In this document: one piece after another, positions 52,450 to 63,630 of the stretch
Layout of the letters: each line of letters starts with the position of its first letter
Position numbering within the stretch: position 1 is the first letter of the stretch
Source of the DNA: Gnetum montanum
Taxonomy: Eukaryota > Plantae > Gnetophyta
NCBI GenBank assembly: GCA_015680685.1
Contig: MNCI01001005.1
Location: 70,529 to 134,528, forward strand
DNA length: 64,000 nt
Direction of reading: 5' to 3'
Position numbers and translations under genes: made by a program
Notes under the pieces: generated by a model
Seen by the model: the letters and a program-made list of their open reading frames with translations, nothing else
Databases searched by the model: none
What the model was told of the DNA's origin: nothing

Positions 52450-55400
52450 CTAAGGCTCTTCCCCTCCATCTTTATATGCTGCTTCATTGGGTCCTACTTC
52501 TTCATCTAGATCCTATGCAAAACAAAGACAACAATAAACCAATCAATAAAGAGGATAAAATGAAAAATCAATATGAAATAGATAGTAATAAAGTAAATGT
52601 AACCAACCTAAGATGGGCTTGCATCCATGTCTAGGGGCATCCTATTGAGGCCATCCTTTAGACATTGGAGCATCTATACCTTTGACATGTGTGCCCAATC
52701 CTCCTCTTCCAAATCAATGCTTGCAAGGGTTTTCCATTTCTCCATGGCTATCCATATGGGTGTCACTAGAGAAAATGTGGTAGATATAACCTCTCTATAA
52801 GGAACAACAATTTCCCTCTCTGGGGACTCACTAACCACCAAATTTTTTGCAAACCTTTTATAAGCCTATGTTACACCGATGATGTCAAGGAATATGTCAC
52901 AACATTGGCACTCCACAAACTCATTCCTATATTTCTTACAATAGGCTATACATTCCATCTTGTAATGGTACTTATGGTTCTTTTGAGTCTATCCCCACTC
53001 ATATACTTTGGCGCTATAATCCTTCTAGTCTTGGTTCTTCTGAGCCAAGAGGTCCATCTACAAGTACCGCTCAATAACCTCATGAGTAACCTCATTCTTG
53101 CCCCTAATGGCCAACCAATACCTGGTGTAGTCAATTTTAACCATACTCTAGTTGTCATTTAATATATCATGGGCTACCAAGAAGATGTACAACTACTACA
53201 AATCTTCCAGTTGAACTGCCTGGTTCACCTTATGCTCCCAGAGCGCTTGTACTTTTTTCTAGAGCTCCTCATTCATGTGCCTACACTCCCATAATGATCA
53301 TTCCAAGTGCAATGCGCACTTGTTTGCCTCATCATATATATGAAGAGGCACTTGTTCTATCTTAATAGGAAACTCAAGTACCACATCAACTTGGATCGCC
53401 CTTTGCAGGTCCCACTTGAGTTGTGAGCCTATTACACAAAAAAGGGGAAACATTAGTTGTAAGAAAAATACATAGCAAAAGAAAAAAAAAAGAAAAAAGA
53501 AAAACAACACAAACATACCTATCTTAGGATCTATCTATTTTAGATAGTCAATCATGTCATCCACTATGCCTTGCATGAAGGCAAACTTGTCTAGAGTTTC
53601 TACCCATAGTTATGAGCGGAAAGTAGATGTAGATTTAGGATGCTTAGTAGAAGCATCACCTGCTATAAGACAAAGCATGTCAAGCTTGTTAAAACAAAAC
53701 ATAATAATATAAAAATGATGTAAAAAAAGGAGAAATAAGAAGAAAAGGAAGCATAATGAAAATGGTAGTGCAAAGCCCCTATCTAGTAAACCCTTAGGGG
53801 TGAGAGTAGGGGGATTACCCATCTACATGCCTTTAAATAAGTGATCAAACTCACCATCCTCAAATTGTAGCCCCTTCTCTTCAAGCTACCTCAAAACATC
53901 GAAAACAACTTCATCTACCATATGTCCCTTGGGCTTAGGGACATCCTCCTCTAAGGGTTCCTCTTCTATGGCAAGGGCCTCCTTGCCTATGTTGCACAAA
54001 CCTAAGTTAGAGAATTTCTCCAAAAAGTAATAATATATATAAAGGAAAAAAGAAAATACACTAACTAATGTATACTTATCACCAAACACTCATTGTGTGT
54101 TGTTAAGTCTAAAGTGTAGCTTCTTGCCCCTTTCCTTAATTTCCTGCATGGGCTCCTCTGTGGGGTGAGGCTTCTTGATCTACATCTTCGATCTCACCAT
54201 CTCAGTGATAAGTCATGCCTCCCTCACTATGTTTCCTATGTTTATGGGAGGAGCCTCTCAAGCACTATCAAGCACACAATAGGATGGCCCTAGGTGATCA
54301 CTAAAAAGGACTCACCAATAGCCTCTAGGGGGTACTATGAGCATATCGTCTAAAATAAATGTTGGATTCATCGCTTGGATATTTGGGTGCAATCTTGCAC
54401 CATCCATAGCCCACTCTCACAAACCACTAGGAATTCCACAAACCTTCACAAGCATGCTATAAAGAAGGAAAAATGTACATGAGATCATGGCTCAAGATTG
54501 CTATGAAGTTTGATTATTTTGGCTTGCAAGCCATCAACCAAGTATTTGGCCTCATTGTATTGTATCCCTTCCTCTATTACATCCCTCATAACCCAAGACT
54601 ACTCTACCCTAAGGACATTTTCTTTGGGAAAGTAGCTTAGGAAATGCATGAGCCTGAAAGATGGAATAGAGGTGTTGGGCCATCAACAATTTTACCTACT
54701 TCATGGGTATACCCTTCTAGCCTTTCTTAGTGTCCAGCCACTCTTAAATGTCCCCTCTGTGGTTTAACTCGTTGTTATTCTTCTCGCCTATAGGTAAACC
54801 TTTAGAGGGGACAGCAAAGAGGTTTGAAAAGAGGTCATCTGTGATCTCAAAGACCACTTGCATGTTGTGAACCCACATGTGGAAATGGTCAGCACTCTTC
54901 ATGAAAGAGTCGACAAAGGAAATCATCTTTGCTATTGGAATGCTTGGGTTCATGGCCAAGAATAGGTCTTGGAGCCCAACTTGTTGGAGATTTTGGGTTA
55001 TCCTTACTGGGGCCTCATGGCACAACTAGCAATACGAACTGTCAACCTTTCCATACTTGTAAAGAAGATTGGCCTTAGTGCATCATGAGATAATCACTGT
55101 GACGTCCTTGGACTTGGCTATGGTTGCAGTAAATTAAAGTAGAATCAACAACATGATGAAAATGTAAAAATAAAAAGTGAATGAAAATAAATGGATGATA
55201 TAACTTACATGGAATAATTGGTGTGGGGAATTATGATATTGGGATTGAAACTTCTTCTATACTAGGTATCCGGGATGCCCACTCAACATCCAACTAGTCG
55301 AGGTCTTGGTACTTCACATAAGATTTGGAGTATCTAGTAAGGTAATCCATCATATCTGCCCCAATTTTTCCTATGATGCCAACACACATGTTCTCAGCGT

Positions 55401-55598
55401 ATGAGAACTCTTGTAGGGCTATTTGAACTAGGGCTAATATCCCTTCTGCATCATGAAGGCTGTTTTCATCAATAGAAAATCTGGCAATAAGCAAAAAATT
55501 AGTAATCATTCTAAGTCATGGTATAATAGGTAAAAAAATCACAATATGGCTCACTCTCTAGTGCAGTAAATTGTTCTAGGTGGGTTCTAGAAGGTCAT
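52450..55598 (-). pseudogene. Antisense 7-exon accessory gene (~841 aa; PMD/plant-transposon-protein-like domain plus probable coiled coil) inside the Tat PR-RT spacer
   Basis: Coding exons 55598-55555, 55480-55209, 55117-54080, 54001-53855, 53659-53519, 53428-52608 and 52512-52450 total 2526 nt. The six U-rich introns are 74-195 nt: five GT..AG and one with a decayed ATAAGT donor. All splice phases agree. More than 20 in-frame stops are present. Confidence 0.8.
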
Positions 55599-56164
55599 GC
55601 CCACCTGAAGGGAAAGGAATATAGTGTTGTATTTATGATAACACTAGAACTCGAGCATCTCCCAGATCCAAGAAAATAGTCTGAGGCCTCTTGGATGTTG
55701 GCTCAAGCTCCCTGCCACTTCACCTTTAGTAGGTTGATTTAACATGAACTTTAAGATGCCCTAGTTTGCCCTAGGTAGCAATGTCTCAAGTAGGACACCT
55801 ACTGCTTCAATGGACAAGTGTGATCATATGATCACACTAAAATGGCGAATTAGGAATTCTAAGAATTCCTATGCACCCTCTTGAAACTAGACTACCTAAT
55901 ATCCTATGTGTGCATGTGGTGTGGGGGACATTTGACATGGGATGACTCATACAACACAAGATCCCCACTAGTTCAACCATAATGAGGGCAAGTTTCAGCA
56001 AGACCTTGTAATACCGTAGTAACAAAAGCATCAGTATTGGAAAAGGGTAACAAAAATAACAAAAGTAATAGAAAAGAAATGCATAAAATAATATAAAAAA
56101 AACTAATGTTCACAGGTTTTGTAAATGTTACAATATTAAGAAAAAACTCAAAAAAATTTTAACA

Positions 56165-56620
56165 ATTGGTCATGCTCCCTGCAGAGCATGACATTTTCCA
56201 AGTAAATTTTTCTCTAAGTGTTTGTCACATTGTCAAGGAGTGTGATGATACTGGAACAACTAGGAAAAATTTTGAAAATTTTTCTAAGTACTTGTCATGC
56301 TCCTAGAGAACGTGACAATTGTAGACTGGTAAATACTTTTGAAATTTTTTCTAACTATTTATCACACTCATAGGGAGCATGATAATCTTAGATGTAAAAA
56401 AAATTGAAAATTTTTCTAAGTGTTAGTCATGCTTTGATGGAGCATGACAACTACAGAGTTGCTGAAAACAAAGTTGCAAAAATTTTCCAAGTGTTTGTTA
56501 TGCTCCTTGGGAGCATGATAATGGCAGAACCTGAAAAATTTTTCAAACTTTGAATGTAGCAATGCCAAAAAATTTTCTAACCTTTTGTCACACTCTTAAG
56601 GATTTCTAGAGCTTGACAAC
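56165..56620. repeat. ~7 x ~65-bp tandem units, each an AAAATTTTTCTAAGTG-like motif plus dyad GTCA(C/T)GCTC-N6-GAGC(A/G)TGAC
   Basis: Dyads start at ~56169, 56224, 56294, 56361, 56426, 56497 and 56587. Confidence 0.85.
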
Positions 56621-57358
56621 CATGGCCTTAGTCAAGTCTTGTCCCTTGGCATGGGACACATAGAAAACCCTATCCCATCCTTTAGTGCAGGACATGCAGG
56701 AAACCCTTGTTATGAAACATGGCACATAGGGCACCCAAAACCCTTCTGATGTGCTATGCTAATGGTACATGTAAAACCCCTATTCTGTCCCATGATGTGG
56801 AGTGTTACAAAAAATATTAGCCCATCCCTTGGCGCTGAATGCTTAGAAACCCTTGGAAAAACCCTTACCTAGCACTATGGTCCAAGACACCCCCTAATCC
56901 TCTCTCCAAATAAAAGAAAAAGGAGGAAAGCAAGATCCATGGCATGCAATCCCTCCCTAGCCATGGCACAGTGGTCATGGTAGTGATGGTGGCCCCTGTC
57001 CATGGAAAATTTCCTTTCAAACCTCCAAAACTCAAAGCCTAAATGCATAACAAGTAGGGAGGAATCAAAAACCATGAGTGTAGCATGATGGCCTACTTGG
57101 GAAATGGCATCTCTTGGCACTCCTCAATGCATGCCTTGGGAAGACACCATAGGGTGCACTCACCTTCATCAACGTTGGCAAAGCTAGGGTCTCTATGCTC
57201 ACTCCTACATGCCATCTTCTTATTGTCACACTCTAGCTCTCCTATTTTCATGCTCTAGCTTTCCTCTATGGATGCTACATTCTACCTTGGCCACACTATG
57301 CTTGGATGATTGTTGGCTCTAACAATGAAAATGATAGGTTTACTATGGGTAAAACCTC

Positions 57359-57366
57359 TATTTATA
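57359..57366 (-). promoter_or_regulatory. Putative TATA box (TATAAATA) of the antisense gene
   Basis: GGGTATAAATAGAGG on the minus strand, upstream of candidate UTR introns 57163-57039 and 56868-55605. Confidence 0.5.
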
Positions 57367-57557
57367 CCCTTCAGGGTCAAATGACATGTCACCCTCCTGG
57401 GATGTCCTATGTCCCATGCGTAATGTGGGATGCTCCATGTCCTACACATAACGCAGAACATCCCATGTCCCACATAGCGTAACACCCAAAGTTAGAAAAT
57501 TTTTCTAACTTTTTCATGTTCTTACAATTATAATTTTTTTTTTCATTTTCTACTTGC

Positions 57558-60500
57558 TTGATAAACATTCAACTTGATCCCATGTTTCAAATTTTGGACT
57601 TTGAACTGCTTACCTATGACACCAACATAGTATCCGTAGAGATGTCACTAGATTGGCCAAAACATCTAGTTCGAGCTCTAGACTTAGAAGCAGGTGACAT
57701 GACTGAGGATCCCCTCATAGAAGTGCTTGTAACAACATGCAAAAGTAAGACAAAAACATTGAAACTTAGCTTCTTACTAGAGCCTCAAATCCAAAAAATC
57801 ATCTTTAAAGTCCTTAGTAACAATGTCAAGGCATTCACATTGTCTTACAAGGACATGTTAGGCTTAGACCCATGTATAATATAGCATAACATTATCCTTG
57901 ATCCACACATTAAACCAGTTAAACAAAAGGATCATAAAATTAAGCTTGAGGTCACATTGGCCATTTTCAATGAGATCACTAAGCTTTAGAAAGCTAATTT
58001 CATTCGGGTAGTTAACTACGCAAACTGGGTTTCAAACATCATAGTTGTTCCCAAGAAAAATAGAAGTACATGCTGACCTAGAGCACCAGCTTACCACTAC
58101 TGACCCCCTAGGGTACATTTTTTTATACAATGATGACCTTTAGACTAAAGAACACAGGAGCAACATATCAACATGTAATGACATACATCTTTAGTGACTA
58201 TTTATTAGAATTTCTTAATGACTACATTGACGATATAGCAGTTAAGTCCAAAATGGCTCATGACCACGCGAATGACTTGGATTGTGTCCTCAAACATTAC
58301 CATAGACATGACCTTAGGCTTAATCCCAAAAAGTATGTCTTTGTCATCAAAACTGGTTGCATGTTAGGCTTTTTGAGATCGAAAGCAAGAATACATGTAG
58401 GCCCCAACAAGATCAAGGTTATCACCAACATGACGCTACAAGAAAACCTTAAAGAGTTACGTAGGTTACAAGGTAGGATACAATTCATACGTAGGTTTAT
58501 CGCAAGGTTGACTAATAAGTTACAACCAATGCAACATTTGCTTAAAAAGGGGATCAACCTTGAGTGGACAGCTCAATGCCAAGAGACATTTGACAACCTA
58601 AAAAAGGAGCTAGCTCAACTTCCAATAGTCTATCCTTCGCAAAGAGATAAACACTTTTACATTTACCTTACAACCTCAAACATATCCATTACTTCCTTGC
58701 TTTTTCAAAAGTGAGATGATGGCTTAGAGGTTCCTAATTACTACTTAAGCCATGCATTAGTAGCACACAAGGTAAAGTATAACAATGTGGAGAAAAATTG
58801 TCTCACCTTAGTCTTTATGCTTTAAAAGTGGAGACACTACCTTTTCTACAATCAAGTTAGTGTCATCTGCAAGAGCAATGTACTTAGGGCTATTACAAAA
58901 AACATATATGAAAGTAGTATAATAGCAAGGTAGAAGGCAATAACCACGGAGTTTAACCTACACTACATAGTGCAAGAATCCACAAAAGGTCAAGCAATAG
59001 TTGCATAACTCATGACTTCACCCATAGATAATCAGGTAATGATAGATCTAGAATTCCCGAATGAGCATGTCAATAGTATAAGCCAAGTACTTGCAAATTT
59101 CAAGGCCATTTTGCACTTTGACAGTGCTTTGACCACACAAGGTGGTAGTGCCACTACCGTTATCATATTCCCCTCTAGGGTGATCCAATCCTTTGCATAT
59201 CACTTTGTATTTCTTTGTACAAATAACATGGTATAGTACAAAGGTCTACTTAGAGGCATCTTAGCATCTTAAGAGTTAGGAATCTAAAACATAGTAGTCT
59301 AAGGTGATTTGTAACTAGTTATTAACCAAGTCACAAATGTGTACACTTGTAAGGCATAACATCTACAACCTTACTATGATTTGGCAAAACAATTGCTTAA
59401 ACAATTTGCAACCATAGGTGTCCAACATATCCCCTACAATGAAAATTTCATAGCTAACACACTAGCTACTTTAGCCTTAAGCATAGCATCAAACATGTTT
59501 TCCACTTTTCCTACTTCAATAATGGATTGTACTAAACTTATACTCATGTAACAAGCATCACATCCATAAGTATAGCTCATGCCCAAGAGTGGTATGATGA
59601 TATTAAAGCATACCTCCAATAGGGAGAGCCCCCACAAAACTTAACATTTTCCCAAAAGGATGCAGTATGAAAATGAGCATGGTAGTACGTCCTCATAGGT
59701 GACAGTAGCTTATGTCATTGATCTTATGATAGAATATTGTTAACTTTCATTAGTGGCAGTGAAGCACAAAAGATCATTGACCAAGTGCATGAAGGATTAT
59801 GTGGGGGTCATATAGCTCCTAGGGAAATGTGAGAAAAAATCAGATGTCTAGGCTATTATTAGCCTTACATGGAGTGCAACTACATCTCCAAGGTTAGGAC
59901 ATGTGTCGTGTGGCAGTGGCATGGGAACCTAATGCATGTGTCACCTACTAAATTTCATACTACGTAGATCACATGGCCATTTCAATGTTTGGGGTTGGAC
60001 ATCATATGGCCTATAACACCTAACTCTTTAAGAGGATGTAGCTTCATCATTACTGCAATTGAGTATTTCACAAAGTGGTTTGAAGCTATTCCCCTTAGGA
60101 AGACAACATTACAACAAGTTTTCAAGTTCATTCTTGAAAACATAGTGACCTGATTTGGTCTCCCCATGACTATAGTGATAGAAAATGGACCAAAATTTAG
60201 TAGTGTAGAAACCAAAGCCTTCTGTGAAAACCTTGGCATTAAGTACTCTTTTTTATCATCGTACTACCCTCAAGTGAACGGTCAAGTGGAGGCTACAAAC
60301 AAGGTCATCATCAATCTTCTAAAGAGGATTCTTAACAATAGCAAGCAACAATGGCATGAACAACTAGTCTACACAATATGGGCCTACCACATGACATTTA
60401 GAACTATGATAGGTAAAACATCATAGTCTTGTGTATGGCTATAAAGTAGTGTTTCCTCTTGAATTGCAAGTCCCATCACTCTGCATGAGATTTAGAACAA

Positions 60501-60846
60501 TGAGTTGAGAACCATCAACATCGAATCTATAGAGGAGGAGCACATGTAAACACTTGCTCACATCAAGTGGTATCAAGAGAAGCAATGGCAAAAGCACTAC
60601 CAAAATTAGCATCAACACCTAATCAAGAAAGGGGACTTAGTCCTCAAGGTCATTTACAAGCCCATGAACAAATTCTTAGCCAACTCCCCAGGGCCTTTCT
60701 TGATCACTAAAGCATATGAAAATGGAGCCTTCAAGCTTGCTGATCTAGATGGAAATGAGTTTACCAATCTTGTTAACCACTCATACTTGAAAATGTACTA
60801 CAGGACACATGTAGTATCACATCAACAAAAAAAGCAAGGTAAGTAG
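57558..60846 (+). pseudogene. RT, RNase H, additional ('archaeal'-type) RNase H and integrase of the Tat element
   Basis: SYKDMLGLDP, FRLKNTGATYQ, YIDDIAVKS, ILHFDSA...CTNNMVxY (aRH), CLGLDIIWP, YYPQVNGQVEATNK, GPFLI...GAFKLADLDG...LKMYY. Confidence 0.92.
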
Positions 60847-61160
60847 ACCATCCACTATGACGTTAAACTGGCATAGAACATCCACTATGATGTTAAACTA
60901 GCACAAACTATGTACTATGATGTTAAACTGGCACAGAATGTCCTTGGGCTATGACGTTAAACTGGCACCCATATCATGGTCTTCTATGATCTTCAATTGA
61001 CCATCCACCATTTGCTACAATGTTAAACTAGCACAATGGTCTGCTAGGATCTTACACTAGCACATCATGATCTGCCTAGACCTTAAACTAGGAACATGGT
61101 CTACTAGCACCTTAATCTAGCATAATAAGTGATCTAATAAGACCTAAAACTAGGTTTTCA
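60845..61160 (+). repeat. ~10 x ~30-bp degenerate tandem repeat (core CTATGACGTTAAACTGGCA) right after the pol stop
   Basis: Repeated core with variable linkers, decaying towards the 3' end. Confidence 0.85.
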
Positions 61161-63630
61161 GTTTAGAGCCTACAGTTCAACATACATAGTTCTGTGAACA
61201 AGCAACCGAGAATACTTTCAATCTTCCATATTCTATCGCGTACCCACACATCTTGGGTAGAATGGGATGGGGTGTTGTAGTTCTAAAATGAAGTTCACAT
61301 CATCAAGGAAAAATCCTCTGGGACATTTTTAGCATCACTATCCCTAGCATCTTTCTGATCTTCCAGAGATGTCATTTGACATCTTACTAACTTTCCAGAG
61401 CTACCACCACCACTGCTAATCATTTTGGCCATAGCTCTCACCATCAGCAACATTTGCTGGAGTCCTAGTAGTCCTATCACCCAGCCATAACACTACCATC
61501 CTTTGGCGCTAACCATTGCTTGAGCTTGGAAGAACATCTAGTAGCATGATTCTCTGCCATGTTGCTGGGTTTCCTGGATCCTTTCTTCAATGAAAACTCT
61601 TGAGCACCTGCATCACCATTGCTCCTAGCCACTTGAGTGCTCACTTCTAGTGTGGCTACTAGAGTTTTCTAGCCTACCACCACTAATGCCTGTACTAGCC
61701 TTCCTGCTTTGGACATTGCATGTAATTGACACAACACTTGTAGCCCTTGCAATTCCCCAAGCAAACATGACTTCATCCTCATCTCACATGGTGGTTTTTT
61801 TTCTTGTTTTCTCTATGTTGTGTTTGCAGGATGAAGCCTAGGTGGCACCATTCAAGGGTGTGTTTCATCACAATGGCAAGGCATTGCATTGTTTTGATGT
61901 GTCTTCTTTAGCTCGCCTAGCTACTTAAGAGTGCACATCCCTACTATCCCCTCAGCCAAACTAACCTCTACCTCTTGATCTTGTAATCTCCCTTGCAAGA
62001 TTCATCAATGCATATGAAACCCTTTCCTACTGTTAGCCACTAAACCCATGATGGACGTAATGCAACTCATCCCATGGGGAGCCTTTGTGGGCTGGTCAAA
62101 GCCTGAAACAAATATAACACAACTCATCCTTGGGAGAAAACACCTATCCTACAGATGTGACATGGTTTCCTCTAAGCAAATGTGGCACATAGTTCACCCG
62201 AAAATACAAAAGAAAAAAAAGTGAAAAAAAAAAGAAAAAAAAAGGAAAGAAATCAAAGAAAAAGAAGAATAAAAAAAGAAAGAGAAAAGGGAGAAAAGAA
62301 AATGGGATGAGTTAAGTGCCCAAGTCAAATGGCATAGTTTTTGTTTCACAACTGGTCTAGCCTTGGATTAACCATCTCAAAAACACTTTGACAAGAGGTC
62401 AAAAACCAAAAGGTAAGCCACCTCTATATGCTAACTCCCTCATAAGCACTTCAATGAAGGATCATGATTTGGTGATAAGCCATTGTGGTGTGGCATCCTG
62501 CAATTATCCTCTTCATCCATTTTCCCTTGACCCAACTCCCTAACCTGTTCCCTACCAATACCTCATTCTCTTGGCACTCTCAAGTATAATGAAGCATTAT
62601 CTAAGTAGGCACTAACAAATGGTGTTGATGTCATGTTCATCATGGTGTTTCTTATTCTTTTTTAATGTCTCTCAGGCCACTTCTCCAAACATCAACAAAT
62701 AGGGGCCAATGAAACACCACCAATTTTGGGCTTCTACAGTTCCATGGAAAATTTGTCTAAGTGTCAAAAATTGGGAAAAATTTTTCTAAGTTTGGTGTCA
62801 CGTTGTGCAACGTAGATAGCATAGCACACTAGAATTCCTATTTTTTGCAAAATTTTTCTCTAAGTCTACCTGCAATGCTCCCTAGCATAGCCAGTGTAGC
62901 ACACACTTCCATGACCAATGTACACAAATGTCAAGCTAGAAGTGGTCAAGATCTACTTCGTATGGACTAGATAGTTTGGAAAATTTCCTATCTCTCGGGT
63001 TGTCAAGCTCGCTACACTCTTCAACTCACCTAGCTTGACACATGTCCTAGTTGCCAGTCCATCCAAGTACTAGGCTAGAGGTTGTCAAAAGTGCTTAGGA
63101 TAGATGAAACAATTTGGCAATTTTTCTACCTTTAGGGCCTATCACACTCTGCTATGATACACAGCATAGCCAGCATGACATGGGTTTTAGGACCAAATTT
63201 TTCTAAGTGTTGGACAAGAACTCTGTCAAGCTATCTAAACATGGAAGATGCATTTGGCAATTTTCTGACTTTCGAGATTGTCGGTCCTACTATACCCTGG
63301 AATGTGATCAATGTGCCATGGAGAAAAATTGCAAATTTCATCAAAACCTGACAAAGTACTTATGCTACGCTCTGCTATGCTGCATAACATAGACAACATG
63401 ACAAGTCAAAATCTACAAAAATTTTCTAAGTGTTCACACTATGCTCCATCACGCTATGTAGCGTAGACAACATGACACTTGCGAAATGCCTCCAAATGCC
63501 TCTAGAAGCTCCAAAAACTTGACATCAACCTTCATTTTAGCTTTGATGTCCCTTCGATGACCAAGATCAGTAGTTTGCTTTACTTTTGCACCTTTCATTG
63601 ATCCCAAAAATTGTTCCTATGCTTGACCCT

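Larger units (their letters stand above)
45966..63630 (+). mobile_element. Tat/Ogre-type Ty3/gypsy element (>17 kb) with additional RNase H
   Basis: 5' LTR 45966-~47853 and 3' LTR from 62710 both start TGAAACACCACCAATTTTGGGC. PBS TGGCACTAGAAGAAAGG (decayed tRNA-Arg type) at 47860. PPT-like AAATAGGGGCCAA at 62697-62709. The 3' LTR is interrupted at 63631. Confidence 0.92.

Noticed and set aside
52443-53162. Plus-strand ORFs 52443-52634 and 52905-53162
   Set aside because: They are shadows of the minus-strand spliced gene; one spans an intron.
52450-55598. Intact functional host gene
   Set aside because: It has many in-frame stops and one broken donor, decays like the surrounding element, and is flanked by element-specific repeats.
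60845-61160. CRISPR-like repeat-spacer array
   Set aside because: Linkers are only ~10-18 bp and mutually related, repeats are degenerate, there are no cas genes, and the context is a eukaryotic retrotransposon.
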